Assembly: GCA_030704615.1 (NCBI GenBank)
Contig: CM060734.1
Coordinates: 20,274,001 to 20,338,000, forward strand
DNA: 64,000 nucleotides
DNA from: Takakia lepidozioides
Taxonomy: Eukaryota; Plantae; Bryophyta
Direction of reading: 5' to 3'
Shown here piece after piece: positions 36,601 through 47,767 of this stretch. The translations under genes and the position numbers were made by a program. The notes below the pieces were generated by a model. That model searched no databases, was not told the DNA's origin, and saw only the letters and a program-made list of their open reading frames with translations. The stretch's first letter is position 1, and every line of letters starts with the position of its first letter.

Positions 36601-37240
36601 AGATGTTTTGTCGTGTGTTGGAGGGACCGTGCCATCCTATTGCTTGGGAAAACCGGGTATACCTAACGTGTGGCCTGTGAAGGTTGGAACCAACCTTACA
36701 CAAGAAGAGGTGGACAACTTGACCCTTGCAGGTTTTCGACTAGTCCATCCTCCCAACGTTCCTGATCCGAACTTTCCTGTGGGACCACTTCCAGTGGAAC
36801 AACATATTCATCAAGGTGTTGTCCTTCCTGTGGGTAAGTATCCCACTACACGCTATGGGGTGCGCATTCGGCATCGGGATCCGACTCCTCGACACTTGAG
36901 TCGCCAAAAGTCAGCGGAGACTCTTATTGCTGAGGTTCGTGGATTCAGAAACGTGCCTCAGCCAGGTTATGGGAGAATTTACCAGCTACAAACAGAGGGA
37001 TCTACCAGAGCAGGATTGGCTTACAATGTATACATTGGTCAGTTTCCATCTTGTGATTGTCCCGACTTTGATGAGCTATCTGTCAAGAAGAAAAAACAAA
37101 CATATCTACCTTGTAAGCACATGTACTTCATATACAACGTGCATCTAGGATGTGCCGGGGCTTATGAGATCCACCAACCTTCCCTTAGCCAGTTAGAGGT
37201 TAGGGCTATGCTAAAGAAGGACCCTAGTTCAACTTCTTAG
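33697..37240 (+). CDS. MULE-type DDE transposase with N-terminal Cys/His (GCM/WRKY-like) region and C-terminal SWIM finger; interrupted
   Basis: VFDHVKR, FMADAAG, CLYH (CxxH), TTNLSEAVHS; SWIM CDCPDF...PCKH. An in-frame TGA at 35402-35404 joins ORFs 34046-35404 and 35408-37240. Confidence 0.85.
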
Positions 37241-37861
37241 TAACACATGAAATGCACAAAAAAAGAACCTCTAACTTGTGCCGTTCATTTTCATGCATGT
37301 GACATGTAATTATCTTGTTACTACTTTATTCCAAACATGACACATAGCATTTGTTAGTACAGAAGTTCCTATTTTGGTTAAAATGGAACTTGTGTACCTG
37401 TCATACAAGTTTTCAAATTATAGAACTTCTTGGCATTACAAACAGACATGCAATGTGGTGGTTCCAAACATGCCACATATGCATTTGTTAGTACAAAAGT
37501 CCATATTTTGGTTAATATGAAACTGTTTTCCTTGAATACAAGTTTGCAAACTATTACTTTGGCCAGGGATCTTGTATTCTCTTCAGTTTAAGGTGGTGCA
37601 TTAGTTGGAGTTAGTGGTCACATGCATCTTTGACCATTGACTACTGATTTTGTTAGCTAAGATTTTTATTTTATTTTTTTCTATATACATATGATGTAAC
37701 ATTTGCATATGTAATAAATACGTCGTATTTTTTGTTATATAACTCCACTGCATACAATCTACAATGTGTGCATACAAATTTGTCACATGCATATATAATA
37801 AGGGATTTTGTGCATGCATGCACGCAACCTATGCATATGGAATAGCAACCCCCAGCCACTC

Positions 37862-38530
37862 TGGTATGTAAAGGGCGAATTTTCTCAGTAGAATCATTTT
37901 GCTGCACTGTCAATAGTTCAAGTGCCTCTTGTGCGTGACCTGGCTGAGCTAATCCAGCCATCGTCCCATTCCATGAGATCACATCACGCTTGGGCAATTT
38001 TGCAAACACTTCCCGTGCATCTTCCACACCCCCGCATTTGCAATACATGTTGACGAGGGCGTTCCCCATATTGACATTTGACTGAAATCCAGCTCTAATG
38101 ATGCCCTCATGGAGCTGCTTGCCTTGCTCTATCAACAATGGGTTGGAACATGCATTCAAGATGCATAAGAAAATGACCTTATCTGCCTTCACATCTTCTC
38201 TTTGCATCAGATTCACTCGATTCACACAGTAAACTTATGCACCCGATTGTCAACCTCAATGCAGCTGTGCCCTGCCTCCTTTCTAACACCTTTGTCCTTC
38301 ATCATTGCTCTCGCCTCTGTGGGATCACCCCACCTGCCAGCTGCACCCCACACTTGGCATACATATCAACGAGAGTATTCTCCAGATTCAAATATGACTC
38401 TGTTCCAACATCGATCGCAGCATGGACCTCTTTTCCCTTTTCTAGGGCTGCCAGGCTCGCACATGCATTGAGAACACAAATGAACATGACTTTGTTGGGC
38501 AATACCCCTTGCTCAATCATTTGCTCATAG
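37862..38530 (-). pseudogene. PLS-type PPR fragments (CACTA cargo)
   Basis: KVIFLCILNACS...GKQLHE...NALVNMYCKCGGVEDAREVFAKLPKRDVISWN and PNKVMFICVLNACASLAALEKGKEVHA...NTLVDMYAKCG. Confidence 0.85.
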
Positions 38531-38954
38531 GTCGCAAGCGCATTTGGCTTTAAGCCTTTTGTTGCAAGATGGACAAACTTCTTCACATCGTACATTGAGA
38601 AAAAACCACACCTTGCGATTGCGGTTGTCCATCGTGAAGGTGGCCAGCCGCTTCCCATAGTAGTCAATGGCTACATCGTGCACCACATCTTCATGCCCCG
38701 ATTCTAGGGTTTAGTCCCTGTCCGCCCCCTATCCCACCAGCTCCACTCGTAGTCTCTCATGATCAGACTCGACACTAAAACAAAACAAACATAGCTCCGC
38801 CCTGATCGACGTCTCTCATGATCAGACTCGACACTATAAGAAAGCAAACACAGCTCCGTCCTTGTTTGTCGTCTCTCACGATCAAACTCGACACAAAGAA
38901 AACAAACAGATGGCAGGGGAGAAAAAAAAAACACTAAGTCCCCTCTACTCACGA

Positions 38955-39530
38955 CTTGATGGATGAATGTAGCGATAGATGGATGGATTTTTGGTTTTCC
39001 ATCAATACATCCATCCATTCATTTGTTTTTTCATTTTTTGGCCATTTTAATTTCATCCATTCATCCAAAATGAATCTTTAAATGAGTTTCACTATCAGTT
39101 CATCCAATACTACCAGCTCAGCGTTTGCATTATTATTTGTTCCTATGTTCATCCAATAGTTGTCATCAAGGCATTTGTTGTATCATTCGTTCATACGTTC
39201 ATCCAGTGCACAAAAGTTATGTTTGATACGTTCATCCAATAGTTGCCAGCAAGGCATTTGTGTATCATTCGTTGAGATAATACAGTCGTTTTGTTTCACT
39301 AACCTTAACCAGCAGTCGATTAGTTTATTGTTAATCTGCTCGGTCAGTGAAACAGTAGTTAAATATTTTTACTACTTATTATCTTCATACTTAACACTGC
39401 GACCTAGCAACCCTAAATTCAAGCACATTCATCCTAATTCATCCTAGTTCATTCATCCTAATTCATCTTAGTTCACTCATCCTAAGTCATCATAATCATT
39501 CATTCATCCATTCATTCCTTCATTCACAGG
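38955..39530. repeat. TTCATCC/GGATGAA low-complexity repeat region
   Basis: Many TTCATCC(A/T) units; a similar tract lies at about 56975-57200. Confidence 0.6.
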
Positions 39531-39989
39531 GTGTGACTTAGTGCCCGCGAGCAATGATATGTTGACATGTCGTCATTTGCAATCACATCATGCATCTGTT
39601 TCATCCATTTATGTTTGCATCGTCCACGTAGACACTCCTTGGGCAACCGGCAATTGCCACATGCAGTCGTGAATACTGGCAGTCATACATTCCCATGCCC
39701 ACGTCATCCTGTTGCAGTTTTGGCCATGACTCCTAGTCGTATCTACCATCTTCCCCTATCTGGTCAAATGTGTTTGACCGCAGACGTGGCGGAGGTACAA
39801 GATGACATATACGACTTCTGGTGGTCACAAATGGCAACCAGGACTGCCCCCTTGCATTTTGTAGACATATATGCTACGACTGGGCAAATGTGGCAGACGT
39901 TAAAGCCGGGATCTGTTGTAGTGGGTGTAGCAGGATAAACTTCATGAGTTAGTCCTGATGGATGAAGATAGGGTAGCCGTTACGTACTA

Positions 39990-42900
39990 AGCGTCGGCAC
40001 CACATCTTCACGCTATTGTTTGTTGGAAGCCAATCCGAATCAGTAGCTGACTTCATGATGGGCCAACCCTCCGCATCCTTAAAAAAACGGAACACATGCA
40101 TCTCCGAAATCCCGACCAATGCTTCCATCCACTTCCTCATGGGTATGGCCGACCATTAGAAACCCTAGCTGGATCTTTTCAAAAACATCTTTGGCGGTGA
40201 GGAGGGATAGAAAAGCACGCATCCATCTGTTCTTATTGTCCTTCGCGGAGTTGTCCATTTGTAAGTGGAGTCTTCTCAGAAGTGGACAAGCACCCTGTTT
40301 GTCTTCCGGCCTGCAGGGTTCAAGAGCATCCAAACATCTCAATTTACCTCTTAAGCGATTCAAAAAACTCGTTTTGAAATCCATAATCGAAAATGTTTCT
40401 AGATTCGCGACAGGTTGGCTTCTCCAGCTAGCGTAAGCAACGTGCCAAAGATCCAATTGTAAAGTTTGAATTTCCCTTCCAGAACTCAAACAGAGAACTG
40501 GCCGTAAGCTCCATCAACGTGTCCATGCATGACCATTCTCGTCAGTGAGACTAGCAGCTGACCCAATTCCGAAATCATCTTGTTCGGAGTCTGTAGCCTT
40601 GGAATAGCTGTTTTCCTATGATCCATTTTGTCGTGAATAATACAGAGAAACTCCTCTGGAATCATAACAGACTCATTCCTCCAGCTATGGTACAGTCTTC
40701 TACACGACTCTTGGTGCCTCAAATATTTATCAAGCGCTCGTTTGTGTGTCACCTGTTCCGCACTCCTCTTGACAGACTTTTTGATCAAGTCCTTTAACAT
40801 CTCGCATTCCGTGCACTTCGCAAATGTGCTCCCAATTTTTTGAACCTCCACGCCTAGTTATCATTCCTGACGTGACGTGGCCCGGTCATGTCAGATGTCA
40901 CGTCAGATGTGCGTCACGTCACGTCGAATCCGGACGTTTACCCAAGTAATTTTTTTAATATTTGACTTTTACGATTTACTTCTACCCTTTGTAATGACAT
41001 GGCAGCCATGGTGTAAAACAGACGTGGCCAATTATTAAAATTTATTAATTTATTTGAAAAAATACGTCCGCCCAAAAATACGGACACTTAAAAGTTATTA
41101 TTTTTTAAATCAAGCGACCACCCATATTGGCGGCCGTTTGTAATTTAATATTTTATTAAATTAAGCGACCGCCTATATTGGCGGTTGCCGGCAATTTATA
41201 AAGTTTGAAAAGGAGCGACCGCCCATATTGGCGGTCGCTTACAATTTATTATATTTTAAATTAAACGACGGCCTATATTGGGGGTTGCTTGAAAATTATT
41301 AGTTTACAAAAAATAAGCAACTGCCCAGATTGGCAATCGCTCGCAGTTTCAAAAATATTTTAAAAAACACAGCGACCGCCATTCGCCGGCCGTCGCATAT
41401 TTTTATTTTCATTCTAAAATGAAGCGACCGCCAAACCGTCGCTTCTTTAATTTTTTTAAAGAAAATGCAGCGAACGCCAAATGGCGGTCGCTCGTTTGGA
41501 TTTTTTTTAAATTTAGCGGCCGCCATTTAGCGGCAGTGGCTCTTTTTTTTAAGAAATTTAAATGAAACGACTGCAACTACAGCAGTCACTTTTTTTTTTA
41601 AGAAATATATGAAGCAACCGCCAATACGGCGGTCGCTTTTATTTTTTATTTTTTTATAAATGAAGCGACCACCAATATGGCGGTCGTTATTATTATTATT
41701 ATTTTAAATGAAGCGACCGCCGCTACGGTGGTCCCTCATTTTTATTTATTTATTTTAAAAATGAAGCGACCGCCATATGGAGGTCGCTCTTTTTCGCTTC
41801 TTAAAAAACTGAAGCGACCGCCAATACGGCCGTCGCTCCTTCAAGGTTTTTTTTCTTTTAAAAATAATTAAAAAAAGAGTTAAATTTTAAAATAAGTTTT
41901 TTTAAAATAAAAAACTGAAGCGACCGCCATATGGCGGTCGCTCTTCTCCACTTTTTAAGAAAGTGAAGCGACAGCCAATACAGCGGTCGATCCTTTAATT
42001 GTTTTTAAATAAAAAAAATAAAAAATAAAAAAAAGTTTTTTATTTCTTAAAAAAAATGAAGCGACCGCCCGATGGCGGTAGCTCTTTTTCGCTTTTAAAA
42101 CAACTGAAGCGACCGCCAATACGGCGGTCGCTCCTTCAAAAAATAATTAAAAATAATTAAAAATAATTAAAAATGATTAATTTAATATATTTAATATATT
42201 TAATATTTTATTTTTATTTAAAAAAAGCTGAAGCGACCACCATACGGCGATCGCTCTTCTTCACTTTTTAAGAAACTAAAGCGACCGATTCGGCATGCGC
42301 TCGTTTACGGTTTTTTTTTCAATTTCTTTAAAATAAAATTTAAAAAAAATGAAACGACCGCACTATGGCTGTGCTTCTTTTTCGTTTTTAAAAAAAATGA
42401 AGCGACCGCCAGTACGGCGGTCGCTGTGTTAAGTTTTTATAAAAAGTGAAGCGACCATCTTGTGGCCGTTGCTACATTTAAAATAAACAACAAAAAAGCG
42501 ACCGCCAGTAATGGCGGTCGTTCTAATTAAAAAAATTAAACAATAAAAGCGACCGCCAGTAACGATGGTCGTTCTATTAAAAAAAACAAAATAAAAAACG
42601 ACCGCCATTACTAGCATTCACAACATTTTCAGAAATTAAAAATATACAAGCGACCGCCAGTGATGGCCGTCACTATATTTAAAAATAAATAAAAAACAAA
42701 AGCGACCGCTATTAATGGCGGTCGCACATAAGTTGTGTAGAGAGGAAGTGAGGGGAGAATGAGCCTCCCTTGCCTTATCTGCCCTCCCCCCCCCTCTCAT
42801 TCATCAGTCCACGCGTAATGCACACCTTCTAAAAGAGACCGCCACCATGGCGGTTGTTACATTTTTTTTTAAAACAATAAAGCAACCGCCAGTAATGGCG

Positions 42901-45900
42901 GTCGCCCTATTTAAAAAATTAAACAATAAATTCGACCGCCAGTAACGACGGTCGCTCTATTAAAAAAAACAAAAAAAAAAAACGACCGTCATTACTGGCA
43001 GTCGCAACATTTTCAGAAATTAAAAATATACAAGCGACCACCAGTAATGGTGGTCGCTCTATTTAAAAAAATGAAATTAAAAGCGACCGCCAGTAGTGGC
43101 CGTCGCTATATTTAAAAATAAATAAATAAACAAAAGTGACCGCCAATAATGGCGGTCGCATATACGTTGTATGGAGAGGAAGTGAGGGGAAAATGAGTCT
43201 CCTTGGCTTATCTGCCCCCCCCCCCCCCCCTCTCTTATTCCTCTGTCCACGGCGTAAGGCACATCTTCTAGAAGCGACTGCCACCATGGCGGTCGCTACA
43301 TTTAAAGAAAAATAACAAAAGTGACCGCGATTACTAGCGATCGCTCTATTTAAAAAATTAAACAATAAAAGTGACCGCCGGTAACGATGGTCGCTCTATT
43401 AAAAAAAAAAAAAAAAACAAAAGCGACTTCCATTACTGGCAGTCGCAACATTTTCAGAAAATAAAAATATACAAGCGACCCCCGATAATGGCGGTCGCTC
43501 TATTTAAGAAAATAAAAAATAAAACCGACCGCCAATAATGGCGGTCGCACATAAATTGTGTGGAGAGGAAGTGAGGGGAAAATGACCTTCCATTGGCTTA
43601 TCTGCCCCTCCCCTCTCATTCCTCGGTCCACGCGTAAGGCACTCCTTCTAGAAGCGACCGCCACCATGGCGGTCGCTCTATTTTAAAAAATAAAAAATAA
43701 AACCGACCGCCAAAAATGGCGGTCGCACATAAATTGTGTGGAGAGGAAGTGAGGGGAAAATGACCTTCCCTTGGCTTATCTGCCCCTCGCCTCTCATTCC
43801 TCGGTCCACGCGTAAGGCACACCTTCTAGAAGCGACTGCCACCATGGCGGTCGCTACATTTAAAAAAAACAACAAAAAAACGACCGGCAGTAACGACAGT
43901 CGCTCTATTAAAAAAAACAAAAAAAATAAAAGCGACCAACATTACTGGCAGTCGCAATATTTTCAGGAATTAAAAATATACAAGCAACCACCAGTTATGG
44001 CGGTCGCTCTATTTTAAAAAATGAAAAATAAAAATTACCGCCATAACCGGCGGTCGCAGCATTTTCAGAAATTAAAAATATACAAGCGACCGCCAATAAT
44101 GGCGGTCGCACATAAGTTGTGTGGAGAGGAAGGGAGGGGAGAATGAGCCTCCATTGGCGTATCTCCCTCCCCCTCACTCCTCGGTCCACGCGTAAGGCAC
44201 ACTTTCTAGAAACGCCGCCACCATGGCAGTCGCTACATTTTAGAAAAACAACAAAAAAACGACCGCCAACAGCGACAGTCGCTCTATTAAAAAAACAAAA
44301 AAAATAAAAGCGACCGCCATTACTGGCCGTGGCAACATTTTTAAAAATTAAAAATATACAAGCGACCACCAGTAATGGCGGTCACTCTATTTAAAAAAAT
44401 AAAAAATAAAAGCGACCGCCATAACTGGCAGTCGCAGCATTTTCAGAAATTAAAAATATACAAGCGACCGCCAGTAATGGCCGTCGCTCTAGTTATAAAT
44501 AAATAGAAAACAAAAGCGACCGCCAATAATGGCGGTTGCTCTATTTGTGTTTTAAAAAAAAATGCGACCGCCATTACTGGCGGTCGCTGTATTTTCAGAA
44601 ATTAAAAATATACAAGAGACCGCCAATAATGGCGGTCGGTCTATTTTGTTTTTTTAAAAATGACCACCAATAATGGCGGTCGCTCTATTTAAATAAATAA
44701 AAAATAAAAACGATCGTCATTACTGGCGGTCGCTGCATTTTCAGAAATTAAAAATATACAAGCAACCTGCAGTAATGGCCGTCGCTCTATTTAAAATTTT
44801 CAGGGCATCTCATCCATTTGGGGAAAAAAAAAACAAAAAACAAAAACAAAAACAAACTCCAATAATGGCGGTCGCTCTATTTTTAAAAATAAAAAATAAA
44901 TGCGACCAACATTACTAGTGGTCGCTGCATTTTCTGAAATTAAAAATATACAAGCGACCGCCAATAATGGCGGTCGCTCTATTTAAAATTTTCAGGGCCT
45001 CTCATCCATTTTTTAAAAATGAAACAAAAACAAAAGCGACCGCCAATAATGGCGGTCGCTCTATCTCAAAAAATAAAAAATAAATGTGACCGACATTACT
45101 GGCGGTCGTTGCAGTTTTTGAAATTAAAAACATTTTTTATTTTTTTGATAGTTTTTAATAATTTTTGATAGTTTTTTTAAATATTCTAAAATAAAGGTTC
45201 CGCCATAATATGGCAGTCGCTTGCTCTTTATGTATTATTGAAAACAAGCGACTGCCAGTTCTGGCGGTCGCTTGTTTTTTATATATTTTCAAAATTATGC
45301 AACCGCCAATACGGAGGTTGCTATTTTTATTTTAAAAATTAGGCGACCGCCAATTTGACTGCCAATTTTTTTTTTAATAAAAAAAAATTAGCGAACGCCA
45401 TGTTGGCGGTCACTCTTATTTCGGTCGTTTTTTTATTATTATTTTCCAAAATTTATTTGTCACCGCCACCGTGTCGGCGACGTGGCTGCTTAAGTGGCAA
45501 TATTTTATCTGGTACTTTTTTTTCTAGAATATTCCCGGAACCTGACGTGACGGAGGTTCCGTCAACGTCAGGTCTGACGTGACCTGACGCCGACTGACGG
45601 ACGTGACGTTGATAACCGGGCCTCCACGTTAGGAAATATCCGACTCCAGATGCGACTAACAGCCGACTCCGAGACTCATTTCAACCCAAAAAGTCTGTTC
45701 GTCTGAAACAACCAGAAAATGCCAGAAAAGCAACGTCCACTGGACAGTGGAGGTTCAGGAAACTAGCATCAGAGTGAGAAATGAGATACATTTCTAGAGA
45801 ACAATCCACATCGAAGTCAGAGAATAATTCCAGGAAGGGAATTGAAGTAGCGATATTTCTTACCTTGTTGGACTCATCTCGTATTCTCTTCCAGTTTATT

Positions 45901-47140
45901 TCAGGAGGTAAGACTCTCAAAGTATCACGCCTTCTCTCCCCAATGCACCTTGTTTTGTGAGGCATGAGGTCAGTATTTCCGTTGATAATGGACAGAATGT
46001 TCCCCTCTGCCTGCAAAGTCCGCGGTCGTGGCCGCTTCACTCCACAGTTCTCATGAAGACTTGACAACGACCCTTGTTTACTCAACTTTTTGTACTCCAT
46101 GTAGGTTGACCTCCCAATTCCGTGAATTGTCTACCATGCAGTCTCACAAACATCAACATCCTCAATTGTAACGCCCTGCGCGAGGTCCCTTTCAGCATGT
46201 GAAGACATTTTGAACCATTTAGTCCATGTTCTCTCCTCTCATCGAAAGTGGATCCCCAGAACGAAGTGCGGATAGCCAAGGTTTTTCTCCAATTGAAATA
46301 CTGACAACAATGAAGTTTGCAGCAAGGCTTGCTGCTCACCGACCTCACTTCCTTGAGCGTCAAATTTTTCCTGCATTTTTTGGAGTCCTCCAAATTGGAT
46401 GCTTTCTTCTTCCTCGTAAAATGCCTGTACACCGCTTTCTTCACACCTATCTGATGATCGTCATTCTCCTCGTCTCGGCAAGATCGCATGAAATTTTCGA
46501 GATCAACAGACAGCAGCCGCCCATTTCCAAGAAGTCTTGTGTTTGATAACGGCCATTTCACAAGGGACATCAGATAACCGGATTCTCCAGAGATTGTTCT
46601 GGTGACGAGAACTCCAACATCGTCTTCTCCGAGCTTGTCATTTAGAATCACCTCGTCAGGAATGCAAGCCTGACTTTGTCATTCGAACAGAGCGTTTCCT
46701 TCGTCTCCAAGAAGCAAACACTGCAAGTTTCTCCAACTATTTCTCCCAAGTCCTTCACCAGGATCTCCTCCAGTTTCTCCGTTGGATGGAATTTCATTGT
46801 TATCGATGAAATCTCCACGAAGATCATTCTCCTGTCTGATGGATTCAAAATCCGGGTTTTGGTGGGACCTTGGATGCACTGTTTCTTGTTGGTGAACACC
46901 GGAGACATCCCAAACAATAGGAGTCCCAATTGCCTCCTTCAAGGTTTCAGCATCCATATGTCGATAAGGTAGCGGATTGGAGCCAAATGCGTCAACACAA
47001 GAAATTAGAATCACTGAAATGGTAGTGGAACCCAAAGGGTGTCCATGGCAAGTTCCTTCCCCGAAGACTCTCCTGAGGCAATCACGCTCGGATCTCCTGG
47101 AAGCGACAGAAACACTCTTTGGCCAACCTCAAACCCCATG
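39990..47140 (-). pseudogene. Sola-like DDD transposase remnant, split by an insertion
   Basis: FAKCTEC, IIHDKMD, LHLQMDNSAKDNKN, FLMVGHTHEEVD; N-terminal CCKLHCC region at about 46300. The frame SRIWSRIFPN|VEVQKIGSTFAKC is restored when 40853-45620 and one TSD copy are removed. Family assignment is from motif recall. Confidence 0.7.
40853..45620. mobile_element. Non-coding TIR element filled with a palindrome array
   Basis: 8-bp TSD CCTCCACG (40845-40852, 45621-45628); imperfect TIRs CCTAGTTATCA / CCCGGTTATCA; internal array of GCGACCGCCA-N3-5-TGGCGGTCGC palindromes separated by A/T tracts. Confidence 0.85.
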
Positions 47141-47392
47141 ATATTGGTAACCTTCACTGTCCAGTGGAGGTTCAATAAATTCGGAGTAACGAAAGGAAGT
47201 TAAAGTCTATAACCCAATGTTGTTCTCCCAAACGGAAGAGTTGAAGGTAGAACTTCGTTAATAGATTTCAAGGAGGAAGTCACTGAAAATATAGATCTCT
47301 CCGGAGATTGATGAAAGACACTTGCAATTAGAATGCAGGTTGGACTACAGTTTGAGATGACTACATATATGTTCTTTCAGCAGGAGTCACAT

Positions 47393-47605
47393 TTGTGTGG
47401 GCTGTGACGACTGTGACGGGCTGTGTTGGTTGTGTGGGCTGTGTCTGCTGTGACGACTGTGACGGGCTGTGTGGGCTGTGTGGGCTGTGACGACTGTGAC
47501 GGCTGTGTGGGCTGTGACGGCTGTGTCGGCTGTGTGGGCTGTGACGACTGTGACGGGCTGTATTGGCTGTGTGGGCTGTGACTGCTGTGTCGGCTGTGTG
47601 GGCTA
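47393..47605. repeat. GGCTGTG(AC/TG) minisatellite
   Basis: Tandem 9-10-bp units with the same core as 18075-18720. Confidence 0.85.
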
Positions 47606-47767
47606 TGTAACCCCCCTCTACAGTGCGCTGCTGTCACCCCTAAGGTTCCTGTTTGTCTCAGTCTGTGCAAAAATTAAGGGTACCCTACAGATCCCGTATA
47701 AGTGTCTAAGTCCCCTACAGTCCTCTAACATTACCCCTTCCCCCCTCAAAAGCCGTGTCCTCACGGT

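Larger units (their letters stand above)
29621..37852. mobile_element. Mutator-like element (MULE) with transposase and a methyltransferase-domain passenger gene
   Basis: 9-bp TSD CAGCCACTC (29612-29620, 37853-37861); imperfect TIRs GAGGTAGCCTATACTATATGC / GGGGTTGCTATTCCATATGC. Removing the element restores the reading frame ...HTRVA|EPEQELQ. Confidence 0.88.
14397..39923. mobile_element. Non-autonomous CACTA (En/Spm) element, Pack-CACTA type, with nested Gypsy and MULE
   Basis: Left end CACTACAACAGATTCCGGCTTTTACGTCTGC; right end reverse complement CACTACAACAGATCCCGGCTTTAACGTCTGC. 3-bp TSD GGT at 14394-14396 and 39924-39926. No CACTA transposase is visible inside. Confidence 0.88.

Noticed and set aside
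41100-45420. CRISPR-like array of palindromic repeats
   Set aside because: Spacers are low-complexity A/T tracts of variable length and are themselves repeated; there are no cas genes; the context is eukaryotic; the array is bounded by TIRs and a TSD.
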